A stretch of DNA of 64,000 nucleotides from an uncultured Planctomycetaceae bacterium. GTDB taxonomy: Bacteria > Planctomycetota > Planctomycetia > Isosphaerales > Isosphaeraceae. The stretch's first letter is position 1. Each line of letters opens with the position of its first letter. Where the stretch lies: assembly GCA_963833985.1 (NCBI GenBank), contig CAWIAD010000002.1, forward strand, positions 1,056,001-1,120,000, read 5' to 3'. The translations under genes were made by a program, and so were the position numbers. The notes under the pieces are model-generated. The model searched no databases. It saw only the letters and a list, made by a program, of their open reading frames with translations, and was not told the DNA's origin. Shown in pieces: positions 33,029 to 44,081 of this stretch.

Positions 33029-35448
33029 ATGAACACGCCCGACATCACGGTTTCCTTCCCGTCGTCGGGCACGGTGCGGCTCGAGAGCCGGTCTCTCTTC
33101 GCGGACCCGGACCATCTTGATTGCCGGAGAATCCTGGAACGCATCTTCCAGGACCCGCATATCAGGTCCGTCACCATCACGGCAGATGGCCGCCCACGCG
33201 CGGAGCTGCACTACTCCCCGCGCGAATCAGGGTTCAAGGAGCTGACGAAGCGAGTTGCCACGCTGCTGGCCGCCGGCGGGGTGCAGCAGGATGGTTCGCT
33301 CCAGGTTGCTCCCGCCGTGACGGCCCGAGATTTCCGGGGGGTGGTCCGCTACCACCGTCATGGCTCCGCGGTCAGCGGCTGGGAGCTGATTTCCGAGCTG
33401 CCGGGCCGCTTGCGGCTGCGTAACCTGGTCTTGCTGCGCCGCGGTTCGCTGTGCCGCACGCTCGAGCGCGAGTTGACCAGCGTGCTGGGCGTCGATCGCT
33501 TCAGGACCAGCCCGGTCACCGGCACGCTACTCCTGTGGCATGAACCGCAACGGATCTCCCGGTTGCAACTGATCGAGATCCTCGACGCCGCCTTGCTCCG
33601 CGCCGAGCCGCCGGCAGCGCCCGATCGGCCCGATACGAACCTGCCGGTCTGCACCGTCTCGGTGCCGCTGGCGGCCGCGGCCCAGTTCGCCGCCCCGGCC
33701 CTTCTGCCGGCGGCGGCTGTGCTGTTTGTCTATTCCTCGATCCCCACGTTCAAGGAGGCGCGGCGGGTCCTGCTCGAGGAAAAGCGCATCGGGGTCGATG
33801 CGCTCGACGCCGTCGTCGTGGCCGGCTGCCTGGGGACGATGTCGATCTTTCCGGCGCCATCTGCTGCTGGTGCCTGAGCTTCGGCCGCAGCCTCGTCAAG
33901 AAGACCCGCGAGAGCTCCCAGCGCCTCCTCCTGGACGCCTTCGGCAAGCAGCCCCGGCACGCCTGGCTGGTGCGCGGCAACGTGGAGGTGCAGGTGCTCG
34001 CGGAAACCCTTCATAAAGACGACGTCATCGTCGTTCATACCGGCGAGACCGTGCCCGTGGACGGCCCGATCGTCCAGGGCATGGCCGTGATCGACCAGCA
34101 CACCTTGACCGGAGAATCCACGCCTGCGGAGAAGGGAGTCGGCGACCGCGCGTTTGCCTCGACGGTCCTGGTGGGGGGAAGAATCCACGTCGCGGTCGAG
34201 CAGTCCGGCCAGGAGACCGCCGCGGCGCGGATCAGCCAGATCCTCAGCAACACGGCCGGCTACACGCTCAGCTCGCAGCACAAGGGGGAACGCCTGGCGG
34301 ACAGGGCCGTGATCCCCACCCTGGCCGTGGGCGCGCTGGGCATGGCGACGATGGGCCCCGTGGGCGCCGTGGCCGTGCTCAACAGCGACCTGGGCACGGG
34401 CATTCGCATGGCCGCGCCGCTGGCGATGCTCAGCTCGCTTTCGGTCTGCGCCCACAAGGGCATTCTGGTCAAGGACGGCCGCGCTCTGGAGCAGATGTGC
34501 GCTGTCGACACCGTCCTCTTCGACAAGACCGGGACCCTGACGCACGAGCGCCCCGAGGTGGGCCGCTTGATCGCGATCGACGGCATCTCCCAGGAACGGG
34601 TGCTCCAGCTTGCCGCCAGCGCCGAGCGCAGGTTCCAGCATCCCATTGCCCTGGCCATTCGCCACAAGGCCGAGGAGCTGGGGCTCGAGCTGCCGCATGC
34701 CGACGACACCCAGTACAAGGTCGGCTACGGGATCACGGTGAGTATCCAGGGCCAGACCATCCGCGTTGGCAGCCGGCGTTTCATGGAACTCGAGGGGCTG
34801 GCCATCCCCTGCCCGATCCTGGTCGCGCTCGAGGAGGCCAGCCAGACCGGTTCCACGATGGTGCTCCTGGGTGTGGACGACCGGCTCGCCGGCGCGATCG
34901 AGCTGCGCGCGGCGGTACGCGCCGAGGCCCTGGAGATCATCCGTGGTCTGCGCAGCCGCGGGATCAAGCACGTGGCGATTGTCTCCGGCGACCATGACGC
35001 TCCCACGCGGAAGCTTGCCGGCTTGCTGGAGATGGACCGCTACTTCGCCCAGGTCTTGCCCGCCGACAAGGCGGAGATCGTCGAGCGGCTCCAGAAGGAG
35101 GGCCGCAAGGTCTGCTTCGTGGGCGACGGCATCAACGACTCGATCGCCCTCAAGAAGGCCGACGTCTCGATCTCGCTGCGCGGGGCCTCCACGATCGCGA
35201 CCGACACGGCGCACGTGGTCTTCCTGGAGGGCGGGCTTTCCAGGCTCTGCGAGCTGCGGGACATCGCGCAGAACCTGGAGAACAACGTGAGCCGGAGCTG
35301 GTCGATGATCGTCGCCCCCAACGTCTCGAACGTGATCGGCGTGTTCACGATGGGCTTTGGCATCATGACCTCGGTGCTCACCAACAACGTCGCCGCGCTG
35401 GCGGCCCTGGCCAATGGGCTGCTCCCTCTCCGCAAGGTCCCGCGGTAG
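33029..35448 (+). CDS. P1B-type (heavy-metal) ATPase with non-canonical TM motif (frameshift near 33851)
   Basis: TGES, DKTGT, HP and GDGIND motifs; N-terminal PGRLRL HMA2-like domain; TM6 reads NSDLGTG instead of CPx. Confidence 0.88.
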
Positions 35449-35454
35449 CCTGCT

Positions 35455-38400
35455 TCATGCCACCGCCAGCCTGGCGAACGTGCGCCGCAGCCGGGCCGGC
35501 AGCGGCTGGGCCAGCTCCCAGGTCACGTTCATCGGCCGGCTGCCGGTATGGCTGAGGTAGCGGGCCGGTCCCAGGAACAGGAACGGCCGGGCAAGCTGGT
35601 TCATGCTGCGATGCTCCCTTCCGAAGAGCAAGATCGTGTGCCCGCGCGACTCGTGTTCGATATACCTTCGCCCGGTTGGTGAGTCCGCGGAGGTCGTGCT
35701 CTGGGACTGCCAGTGAAACAGGCGATCGTTGATGGCGTAGTCCTGGTACATGGTCGTCGGCGAGAAGTGGGCCTCGGACTTGTGCAGCGTGAACAGAAAC
35801 GCGTCGACCCGAAGCGCAGGCAAGTGCACAACGCCCTCGCGCATCTCGCGCTGGCTCCCGCGCGTCCAGTGGCCCAGGCCGGCGAGGATCTCATCTCGCG
35901 TGTAGGGCGCGTGCAGCGTCAGGGGACAGGCAAACGGCAGTTCCAGGGGCGGAGCAACCGATTCCACGGCGCTCAGACGGTACTCCAGGAGTTCTCGCAA
36001 TTCCTCTCGCAGCGTCGGATTCCGTACCAGCCGTGATCGACTGTCCGCGATCGAGGCTGGCAGGCCTGGCCCACGTCCCCAGAGCGAGAGATCCATCATG
36101 AGTACGCGGCGCTCGTCCATCGTCGCCATTTCAGAATCCACACCACTCGAAAGGCCGAAGTCGATCCAGGTCTGCAAAAAACGGATCTGAGCGGGATCGG
36201 CGCCATGCGAAAGCCGACGGAATCCCCGGGTGAGCTGCGGCTCGTCGGGCTCTGCGAAATCAGGGGCGAGCCTCGCTTCCACACAGAGGCGGGCGTAGCT
36301 CATGTTTCTGCGGTACAGGTCGTCCAGATCCGTGCTGGTCCGATCGAAGAACTCGCCCAGCGTGGGACGCCCACCCTGCTCGGCAGCCAGTTCTCCCAGA
36401 TCGCGGATCAGGGTGTTTCGCGTCTGGCGCAGGGACTGGCGGATGTTCTCCAGGATAGACTGGCGTGCGACGCGCTCCATGAGGATCGTGCACCCCGCCG
36501 GCAAGTGCGAGAAGCCCTTCTCAACCTGCTCCTCCAGGGAGATCGATGGATCCGTCAACAGGGCACGGTAGCGGAGATCGAACCGAAAACTGCGATGCGC
36601 CTGCCCGACGAAGTCGAGCACCGTGAGGCATTCCTTCTCCTCGAAGAGACGAAGGCCGCGACCCAGTTGCTGCAAGAAGACCGTCAAGCTTTCGGTGGGT
36701 CGCAGGAACAGGACGGTGTCGATCTCGGGGATGTCGATGCCTTCGTTGTACAGATCGACGACAAACAGGAAGTTGATCTCCCGGTTCCGCAAGCGATTCT
36801 GGACTTCGAGACGTTCGTTGCGCGGGCTCTCGGCCGACAGGCTCTCGGCGGCGATGCCGTTGCGCCGGAACTGGACCGCCATGTAGCGGGCGTGGGCAAT
36901 GCTCACGCAGAATCCCAGCCCGTGCGCCCGCCGCGGATCGAGCAGGATGGACCGTACCTTTTCCACGATCAGGCCCGCTCGCACATCGTTTCCGGTGTAA
37001 AGCTCGTCGAGCTGATCGAGCCGATACCCGCCGCGCTGCCATTGCAGACCCTGAAGATCCACCACGTCGGTCACCGCGAAATACTGGAACGGCGAGAGGA
37101 ACTTGCGATTGATCGCGTCCGGCAGACGGATCTGGGCACTGAAGTGGCCGCCAAAATGCCGCAGGACGTCCAGCCCGTCCGACCGTTCCGGCGTCGCCGT
37201 CAGCCCCAGGAGAACCCTGGGCCTGACGTGATCGAGGAGCCGCTCGTAGCTTGGCGCCGCGGCATGGTGAAACTCGTCCACGACGATGTAATCGTAGCGG
37301 TCGGCCGGCTGCTCATGAAGCGACCGGCTGTTGTAGCTCTGGATCGAGACAAAGAGGTGATCCGATTGCTCGGGAGTACGGCCGCCGACGAGCAGGTCAC
37401 CGAAATTGGGATCGCGCAGCACCGCCCGAAAAGTGGTCAGAGCCTGCGAGAGCAACTCCTCGCGATGCGCGACGAAAAGTAGCCGTGGCCGTTCCGCGGC
37501 TGCGGCCTCCACCTCGATCGTCCGGCACCAGTTGCGATAATCGAATGCCGCGATGATGGTCTTGCCCGTTCCGGTCGCCGCGACAACCAGGTGCCGGTTG
37601 CGACCTTGCAGGACCCGTTCCGCGTCCAGCCGCTCGAGAATCTCGCGCTGGAATTCGTGAGGACGGAGGTCAAAGAAGAAGGCGTCGCCGCCTGGTTCCG
37701 CATCTCCATGGCGCTCCGACTCCAGGGCGATCGCAAGCCGTTCCCGGTCCAGTGAGCTGTAGGGCTCGAACTCGCCGTCTTGCCAGTACGTCTCGAAAGT
37801 ACCGGCAACACGATCCCAGAGCGCGGGCGACTCGTACTGGCTGACCTTGACTGTCCACTCCAGCCCCTCCGTGAGCGCGGGCCGGGAAAGGTTCGCCGAC
37901 CCGATATAGGCTGTGCCAAACACGCTATCGCGGTGAAACAGGTAAGCCTTGGCATGAAGCCGCGTGCGGTGAGTGTCGTAAGAAACCCGCACTTCCGTGT
38001 TCGGCAACGTAGAGAGCAGGTCAACCGCCTTGAGATCCGTCGCGCCCAGGTAGCTGGTCGTCAGGACCCTGAGCCGGCAAGCGGATCGAGCGGTGAACGC
38101 ACGAAGGTCATCGGCGAGAATCCGGATACCGCTCCACTTGATGAACGAGCAGAGGATATCGACCCGATCCGTCGAAGCCATTTCCTTGCGGAGTTGTGAA
38201 ACCAGGCTGGGATCGAGTCGTGTGCCAGCCAGCAGGCACCCCAGTCCCAGTGGCGTGTCGGGACGGTCAGGCCGAACGGCCGAGCTGTCGTTGGGCCAAA
38301 CCCCCAGCAGCCGGCGAGCCGGCTCGGCGAGGATGTGATCATCCTCGCCCTGGTCGCCAAGCAGCGCCAGAATCTGATTGCACAGAGCGACCTGGTGATG

Positions 38401-38622
38401 GAGTCGCTGGTCGGTTGGAACAGCCCCGAGGGCCTCGCGAACGACCCGCCTGAGATGATCGGCAAGGACAGCATGGCTTTCACTGACATCGAGCGGCAGA
38501 ACCTCGGCAGCATGCGCATTTTCCGGAAGCGCTCGCAACAGCCTATCGATGCCTCGATCGACAACCCGCTCGTAAACGCCTGATGGAATCGCGTCAGAGC
38601 TGGGGCCTTCAGGAGTGGGCAT
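35455..38622 (-). CDS. PLD-nuclease/SF2 helicase/DUF3427 protein (SauUSI-like type IV restriction enzyme architecture)
   Basis: RLHAKAY and IGSANLS (PLD); ATGTGKT, DEFHH, TAT, QQLGRGLR (helicase); SPTTMYQDYA...FHWQSQS (DUF3427). Confidence 0.88.
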   Translation of the reverse strand: MPTPEGPSSDAIPSGVYERVVDRGIDRLLRALPENAHAAEVLPLDVSESHAVLADHLRRVVREALGAVPTDQRLHHQVALCNQILALLGDQGEDDHILAEPARRLLGVWPNDSSAVRPDRPDTPLGLGCLLAGTRLDPSLVSQLRKEMASTDRVDILCSFIKWSGIRILADDLRAFTARSACRLRVLTTSYLGATDLKAVDLLSTLPNTEVRVSYDTHRTRLHAKAYLFHRDSVFGTAYIGSANLSRPALTEGLEWTVKVSQYESPALWDRVAGTFETYWQDGEFEPYSSLDRERLAIALESERHGDAEPGGDAFFFDLRPHEFQREILERLDAERVLQGRNRHLVVAATGTGKTIIAAFDYRNWCRTIEVEAAAAERPRLLFVAHREELLSQALTTFRAVLRDPNFGDLLVGGRTPEQSDHLFVSIQSYNSRSLHEQPADRYDYIVVDEFHHAAAPSYERLLDHVRPRVLLGLTATPERSDGLDVLRHFGGHFSAQIRLPDAINRKFLSPFQYFAVTDVVDLQGLQWQRGGYRLDQLDELYTGNDVRAGLIVEKVRSILLDPRRAHGLGFCVSIAHARYMAVQFRRNGIAAESLSAESPRNERLEVQNRLRNREINFLFVVDLYNEGIDIPEIDTVLFLRPTESLTVFLQQLGRGLRLFEEKECLTVLDFVGQAHRSFRFDLRYRALLTDPSISLEEQVEKGFSHLPAGCTILMERVARQSILENIRQSLRQTRNTLIRDLGELAAEQGGRPTLGEFFDRTSTDLDDLYRRNMSYARLCVEARLAPDFAEPDEPQLTRGFRRLSHGADPAQIRFLQTWIDFGLSSGVDSEMATMDERRVLMMDLSLWGRGPGLPASIADSRSRLVRNPTLREELRELLEYRLSAVESVAPPLELPFACPLTLHAPYTRDEILAGLGHWTRGSQREMREGVVHLPALRVDAFLFTLHKSEAHFSPTTMYQDYAINDRLFHWQSQSTTSADSPTGRRYIEHESRGHTILLFGREHRSMNQLARPFLFLGPARYLSHTGSRPMNVTWELAQPLPARLRRTFARLAVA

Positions 38623-39479
38623 GACAGGATGCTTTATTCCAGGGTATGCCGAGTTGAATGGACACGGTCAGCCTCGTGATCCGCGAGGAAAAAGGCGCGG
38701 CGAGGAAATAGGGGCTGGAGACAAGAGACGTCACTGAATAGGACTTGTTTAGCTCCTCAGACCGTATCGTGGGTTATTTTATAACTTTTAATATTAATAT
38801 ATTATATATATAAATTTTGTATATTCTTGCGTCTTTGTCAGGCACTCGCCCGAGTGGGGATCCATCACCGCGCGAGCAACCATGAGCGGACGTATCTCAG
38901 AGTTCAAATCAGCAGATGCGTCTTGGAGACAGGCGCTGAAGGTAAATCTGGCAGCGTCGCCGGTCAAGGAAATAAGGCGACACCCCATGCTTTTCCTGAA
39001 AACGACGGATCCAGCGCTGTGACAGCGGTACGCACCGCCTGGTTCCGATACGAGACGTTTCGCAGTCCCACGGACGGGGTGCGGGTTTTCAAGGTATCAG
39101 GCATCAAGGTGGCACAATCAAGAGTGTTTCGGGAGAGCGAAGGTCGGGGGTCCTTGCGGTGAGCCATCAGAAAGCCATCCCCGCGCCGTTCGTGGATTGG
39201 TGCGTCGTCGCTGCGCTGAACGCACCTTACAAGTGTGGGACGGTCCACAGTTCCCCACCAGCAGCAAGGGAATCACCGGTTGGAGCTCGTCGAGCTGGTG
39301 TTGTCCTCACCTTGCCCGTGGGGGATGCACCGGAGCCGGCTCCCGCCATCCCCGGATTCGGCGAGAAGATTCGCCCACAGCGACCGGTGAAGCCGATGGG
39401 AGAACGAAACGGCCCTGGGCGCCCGGCGTGGATTTCCCCGCAAGGAAACGCGCGGCTGCGGCAACTATACTGGCAAACC

Positions 39480-40109
39480 ATGAACGCGCCAGAGCCAGAG
39501 CCTGTGATGGGATGTGCCGGAGACGCCGTCGCGGCCGGCTCACCGGCTGGCCCAGCCTTGCTGGACTGGACGGCGATCCTGGCAACGCATGAGCGCTGGC
39601 TGCGGCGCGTGGTGCTGGCGCGAGTGCAGGAAAGCCAGGCGGTGGACGAGGTCATGCAGGATGTGGCGCTGGCGGCCGTGGCCCAGCGCGCGCCCTTGCT
39701 CGACCCGGCCCGTCTGGTCGGCTGGCTCTACCGCCTGGCCGTGCGGCAAGCCCTCATGTATCGCCGCAGGGCAGGACGCCACCGCGCTTTGGTTGGCCGT
39801 TACGCGATCAGCCAGGCCGCCAGCAGCGAGGATGCGGGCGTGTCGCCCCTGAGCTGGCTGGTGCACGACGAGCGGCGCACCCTGGTGCAGCAGGCCCTGC
39901 ACCGGCTGCCGCCCCGCGATGCGGACCTGCTTCTGCTCAAGTACGCCGAGGGCTGGAGCGCGCGCGAACTGGCCGAGCGGCTGGGCGTGAAGACCGTGGC
40001 CATTGAGGCAAGACTGCATCGCGCCCGCGGCCGGCTGCGTGCCGAGCTGGCCCGGCTGACGTCCGAGTTTGCCAATGCGGAGAAGGGCTTCGACGATGTC
40101 CGACCATGA
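39480..40109 (+). CDS. ECF RNA polymerase sigma factor
   Basis: HERWLR...VDEVMQDV...WLYRLA; LLLKYAEGWS.RELA...IEARLHRAR. Confidence 0.88.
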   Translation: MNAPEPEPVMGCAGDAVAAGSPAGPALLDWTAILATHERWLRRVVLARVQESQAVDEVMQDVALAAVAQRAPLLDPARLVGWLYRLAVRQALMYRRRAGRHRALVGRYAISQAASSEDAGVSPLSWLVHDERRTLVQQALHRLPPRDADLLLLKYAEGWSARELAERLGVKTVAIEARLHRARGRLRAELARLTSEFANAEKGFDDVRP

Positions 40110-40891
40110 ACCGAATGAAGAGCAGACCACGAGCCTCCTGATCGACCGCGTGGTGGATGGAGCGCTCCCGCCGGCCGAGCTGCGCGGCCATCCAGCGGCT
40201 GGATGCTCGGCCCGACGGCTGGCGACGGTGCGCGCTAGCGTTCCTGGAGGCCCAGTGCTGGACCGAGGCCTTGCGTCCCTGGGACGGAACCGTGCCGGCT
40301 GCCCCGGAAGAATCCGCCACGTGGACCGGCAAGGAATCATGGCCCGGTCGCGTCGTGCCGGCTGCTTTGCCTGCCTCCCGATCACCCCGGCGCTGGATCG
40401 GCCCGGCCCTGGCAGCGGGCATGGCCCTGGCGGCCTTCTCCGCGGGCTGGCTGGGGCACGCAGTCCGTGATGAGGGAGCTGCCCGTCACACGGTCGCACC
40501 TGCCCCTCAGGAGCAGGTGAAAACGGACGAGCGTGCCCCAGCCAGGATCACTCCGGCCGACGCACCGACAGAGCCGCTCCGGCCGGGCTCGATCGCTGGC
40601 CTGCCCACCGAGCGCCTGCCGACGGTCCGCGAGGTGGCCCGGTTGCGCTTCGGCGGCCGCGACGGCACGATTGCCGAGGTGCCGATCCTCGCCGGTCCGG
40701 GGATCAACCCGCTCTGGCTCATGGAACAACCGCCGCCGGTCTCGGAGCAGGAGCAAGCCCTTTTACGACGCCAGGGTTACGAGCTCGACCAGCAACGCCG
40801 ACTGGTGACGGTTCCCCTGGCGGACGGCCGCCGTGCCGCCGTGCCCGTCGATCGCGTTCGGGTTCGCTATGTCGGTCAGGTTTCCCTGTAA
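40096..40891 (+). CDS. Putative anti-sigma factor, single TM (frameshift near 40185)
   Basis: Overlaps the sigma stop; LIDRVVDGAL...DGWRRCALAFLEAQCW; TM ALAAGMALAAFSAGWL. Confidence 0.7.
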
Positions 40892-41014
40892 GAACTGGAA
40901 TCCGCAGCGGTCAACGGTCACTGCGCTCCCCGCGCACGACGTCTGGCCGGAGTTTCCCGTTTTGCTTCTGAGTCCGATGTCCTTTCGACTTTACCTTTCA
41001 GGAGGAACACGAAG

Positions 41015-42145
41015 ATGCGTCTCACGACAATTTCCGCGGGTGCGCTCGTCCTGGCTCTGGGGGGCCTGGCACACGCCCAGACCGCAAAGCCGAGTACGAA
41101 CGGAAACATCAGGGTCGACGTGCAGAATACGATTCCTCGCAACGCCTCCTATTTCACTGCCTTCTACCCTGACGTGAATATCACCCCACTGACCCCCCAG
41201 CCTTCCGACCAGTGGTCCAATCCCAATCTCTCATACTGGATCACAGGCAATGGCGATCAGGGATCGGGCCTGACCCTGGCACCCGTGGACGAGGCCAGCC
41301 GGAATCAGCTCAAGCTGCCCAGGGATCAGGGCTTGATCGTGACCTCCGTGGCGCAGAACAGTCCGGCCGCGCAGGCCGGAATCCAGGAAAACGACATCCT
41401 GCTCACTCTCGGCGATACTCCTCTGGGCAAGTACGAGGACATGGAGGCTCACCTGAAAGCGGCGGGAGACAAGCCGCTCTCGCTCGTGCTGCTCCATCAG
41501 GGCAAGAAGAAAACCCTCCAGGTTCAGCCCAGGATCAGGGTCACTCTGGGACCAGTGCAGCCCGCTCCTCCGGATTTCTGGATCGGCATCTCGGTGACCC
41601 CCATCACGGCGGTCCTGCGCGACCAGCTTCAGATCGGCGGCGGGCAAGGGCTTGTGGTCACGAATGTCGTCGACGGCGGACCCGCGGCCAGGGCGGGGCT
41701 CAAGGCCAACGACATCCTGCTCTCGATGAACGACTCGAACCTGGTTGAACCGGCGGACCTCGTCAAGCTGGTTCAATCGAGCGGTGAAAAGCCCATGACC
41801 GTCAAGCTCCTGAGGGAAGGCGAGCGCAAGTCGATCGATGTGACGCCGGAGCACCGGCAGGACTCCCATCATCTCTCGGTGCGGTTTACCAACGAGAACG
41901 TGTTCGTCGTCAACCACCCCGCCGTCATGGTCCCCAACACTCCCCTCAACGCAACGGTGCAGTGGGCGAACGATAGTCCGTGGGTGAGAGATCTTCAGTT
42001 GCAGGGTGTTCGATCCCTCAATGGCACACCACCAGACCGGCAGGCCGACGAGCTGACCAGGCGGCTCGACGCCATGAGCGCGGCGATCAAGGAGCTGCAC
42101 GCCGCCGTCGATGAGCTGAACCAGCAGCTCAAGAGCAAGAAGTGA
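41015..42145 (+). CDS. Secreted tandem-PDZ protein with C-terminal coiled coil, no protease domain
   Basis: Signal peptide; GLIVTSV..NSPAAQAGI..NDIL and GLVVTNV..GGPAARAGL..NDIL. Confidence 0.85.
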   Translation: MRLTTISAGALVLALGGLAHAQTAKPSTNGNIRVDVQNTIPRNASYFTAFYPDVNITPLTPQPSDQWSNPNLSYWITGNGDQGSGLTLAPVDEASRNQLKLPRDQGLIVTSVAQNSPAAQAGIQENDILLTLGDTPLGKYEDMEAHLKAAGDKPLSLVLLHQGKKKTLQVQPRIRVTLGPVQPAPPDFWIGISVTPITAVLRDQLQIGGGQGLVVTNVVDGGPAARAGLKANDILLSMNDSNLVEPADLVKLVQSSGEKPMTVKLLREGERKSIDVTPEHRQDSHHLSVRFTNENVFVVNHPAVMVPNTPLNATVQWANDSPWVRDLQLQGVRSLNGTPPDRQADELTRRLDAMSAAIKELHAAVDELNQQLKSKK

Positions 42146-42185
42146 GCCCGGCGGAGGGATATCTTCGCCTGCCGACTACTGAGAC

Positions 42186-44081
42186 TCAGGCGATTCCCTG
42201 GACTTCCTGGGGGATCGCCTGTTCTTCTTCCTCGCTGACCGGCTCGTCGAGCAGGTCGCCGTGCGCCGAGCGAACCAGCTCGGCGAAGGCGCCGTTGCGG
42301 TGCAGCAGCTCCGTGTATGTGCCGGTCTCGACAATCCGGCCGTCGTCGAAGACGAGGATGCGGTCGGTATCAAGCAGGGTGGTCAGGCGGTGGGCGACGA
42401 GGATCACCGTTCGTTCGCGCCGGGCGGCGTTGATTGCCTGCTGGATGCGCTTCTCGCTGATGTTGTCCAGCGCCGAGGTTCCTTCGTCCAGGATGAGGAT
42501 TGGCGGGTTCTTGAGGAAGATCCGCGCCAGCGCGAGCCGTTGCCGCTGGCCGCCGGAGAGATTCTGCCCACGCTCGGCGACCCGGGCCTTGTACCCACCG
42601 GGCATGTTCAGGATTTCATCATGGATGCATGCCAGTTCGGCGGCGTGGCGAATCTGCTCGGGCGTGGCGCTTGCCGTGCCATAGCCAATGTTGGCCGCGA
42701 TCGAGCCCGAGAAAACGAACGGGTTCTGGCCGACGTAGCCGATGAGCCGGCCGATCGCCTCGCGCGAGATCGACTCGATCGGGACGCCGCCGAGGAAGGC
42801 CGCTCCTCCCGTGGGATGAACCAGCCGCAGCATGGTGCGCAGCCAGGTGGTCTTGCCGCAGCCCGATCGGCCGGCCACGCCGATCGTCTCGCCATGGCGG
42901 ATGACCAGGTCGACCCCCTTGAGCGCGGGGCTCTTTTTCTCGGGGGCGCCGCCGGGATAGATTACGGAGAGGTTCTGGGCGACCAGGATGGGCGCTCCGA
43001 CCGTGAGTTCGGGTTCGCGGACCTCGACCGGCTTGAACGAGCGGTCGACGGGCTCGCGCAGCAGCTTGATGAGGTCGCCCACGCGCAAACTGGCCTCATG
43101 CGCCTCGTCGATGAAGCGGTGCACCTCGTTGAGCGGGCACATGACGTTGAGGTAGAGGACCGAGAAGGCGAGGATGTCGCCGATCTTGATATGCCCGTTC
43201 ACGTACATGGTCACGGCCACGGCCAGGACGAGGATATGGAAGAAGCCCTCGTTGAGCGCCTTGCCGCAACCGAAGAGCGACATCTCGAAGTGGTGGCGGA
43301 TTTCCCTGGAGCGCTGCCGCTCGGCCGTGCGGGCGACGCGGCGGATTTCCTGGCGGTCGGTGTGCGATGCGCGAACGTAATCGATTCCGGAAAGGAGCTC
43401 GACGACGGTGCCGTCCATCACCTCGCGGGTACGCATCAGGTCGATCCGGATCCCCTTCTGGGTAATGAGTTGCCAGACGGTGAGCCCGAGCGAGATCGGC
43501 ACCACCCCGACCATCACCAGTGCGATGATGGGCCGCATGGACAATGCCGCCAGCAGGGCGAGGCTGCCGGTGAACAGCGCGGGGACGAAGTCGAGGAAGC
43601 TGATCCGCAGGAACCGGACAAACCCCTCCGCGCTGCGGGTGATCCGGCCGTACAGCGCCCCGACCTGATCCTGGGCCAGGATGGACAGGTCCACCTTCAT
43701 GAGGTGGGCGACCAGGCGAACGCACATGTCTTTATTGATGCGCGTGCAGGTGTTTTCCACGAGATATCGGCGCAGCACGTTCATGGACTCACGCGTGAGG
43801 TAGGCCAGCGCGAGAAGCCCGAGGTAGACCGCGGCGCCGCGGAGGATGTTGGCACGGGAAAGTCCCTGCGTTTTCTCGGGACTGACCGCGTCCACCAGCC
43901 TGCCCATGAGCACGGCGACCGCCGTATTGCCCACGCTTGCAAGCAGGACGATCACCAGGGCGCCGCACAGGGCCCAGCGGTGCCGCCAGGGAACGAGCTG
44001 CCAGACCTGACGCCCGCGCCGGCCGATCTGCCGGAGTTCGCGCCAGATGCCCCTGAGTCCGCCGGTCTTGCTGCCAGCCAT
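42186..44081 (-). CDS. ABC exporter, fused permease/ATPase
   Basis: TMD followed by GRSGCGKT, LSGGQRQR, ILILDEGT, VAHRL. Confidence 0.93.
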   Translation of the reverse strand: MAGSKTGGLRGIWRELRQIGRRGRQVWQLVPWRHRWALCGALVIVLLASVGNTAVAVLMGRLVDAVSPEKTQGLSRANILRGAAVYLGLLALAYLTRESMNVLRRYLVENTCTRINKDMCVRLVAHLMKVDLSILAQDQVGALYGRITRSAEGFVRFLRISFLDFVPALFTGSLALLAALSMRPIIALVMVGVVPISLGLTVWQLITQKGIRIDLMRTREVMDGTVVELLSGIDYVRASHTDRQEIRRVARTAERQRSREIRHHFEMSLFGCGKALNEGFFHILVLAVAVTMYVNGHIKIGDILAFSVLYLNVMCPLNEVHRFIDEAHEASLRVGDLIKLLREPVDRSFKPVEVREPELTVGAPILVAQNLSVIYPGGAPEKKSPALKGVDLVIRHGETIGVAGRSGCGKTTWLRTMLRLVHPTGGAAFLGGVPIESISREAIGRLIGYVGQNPFVFSGSIAANIGYGTASATPEQIRHAAELACIHDEILNMPGGYKARVAERGQNLSGGQRQRLALARIFLKNPPILILDEGTSALDNISEKRIQQAINAARRERTVILVAHRLTTLLDTDRILVFDDGRIVETGTYTELLHRNGAFAELVRSAHGDLLDEPVSEEEEQAIPQEVQGIA

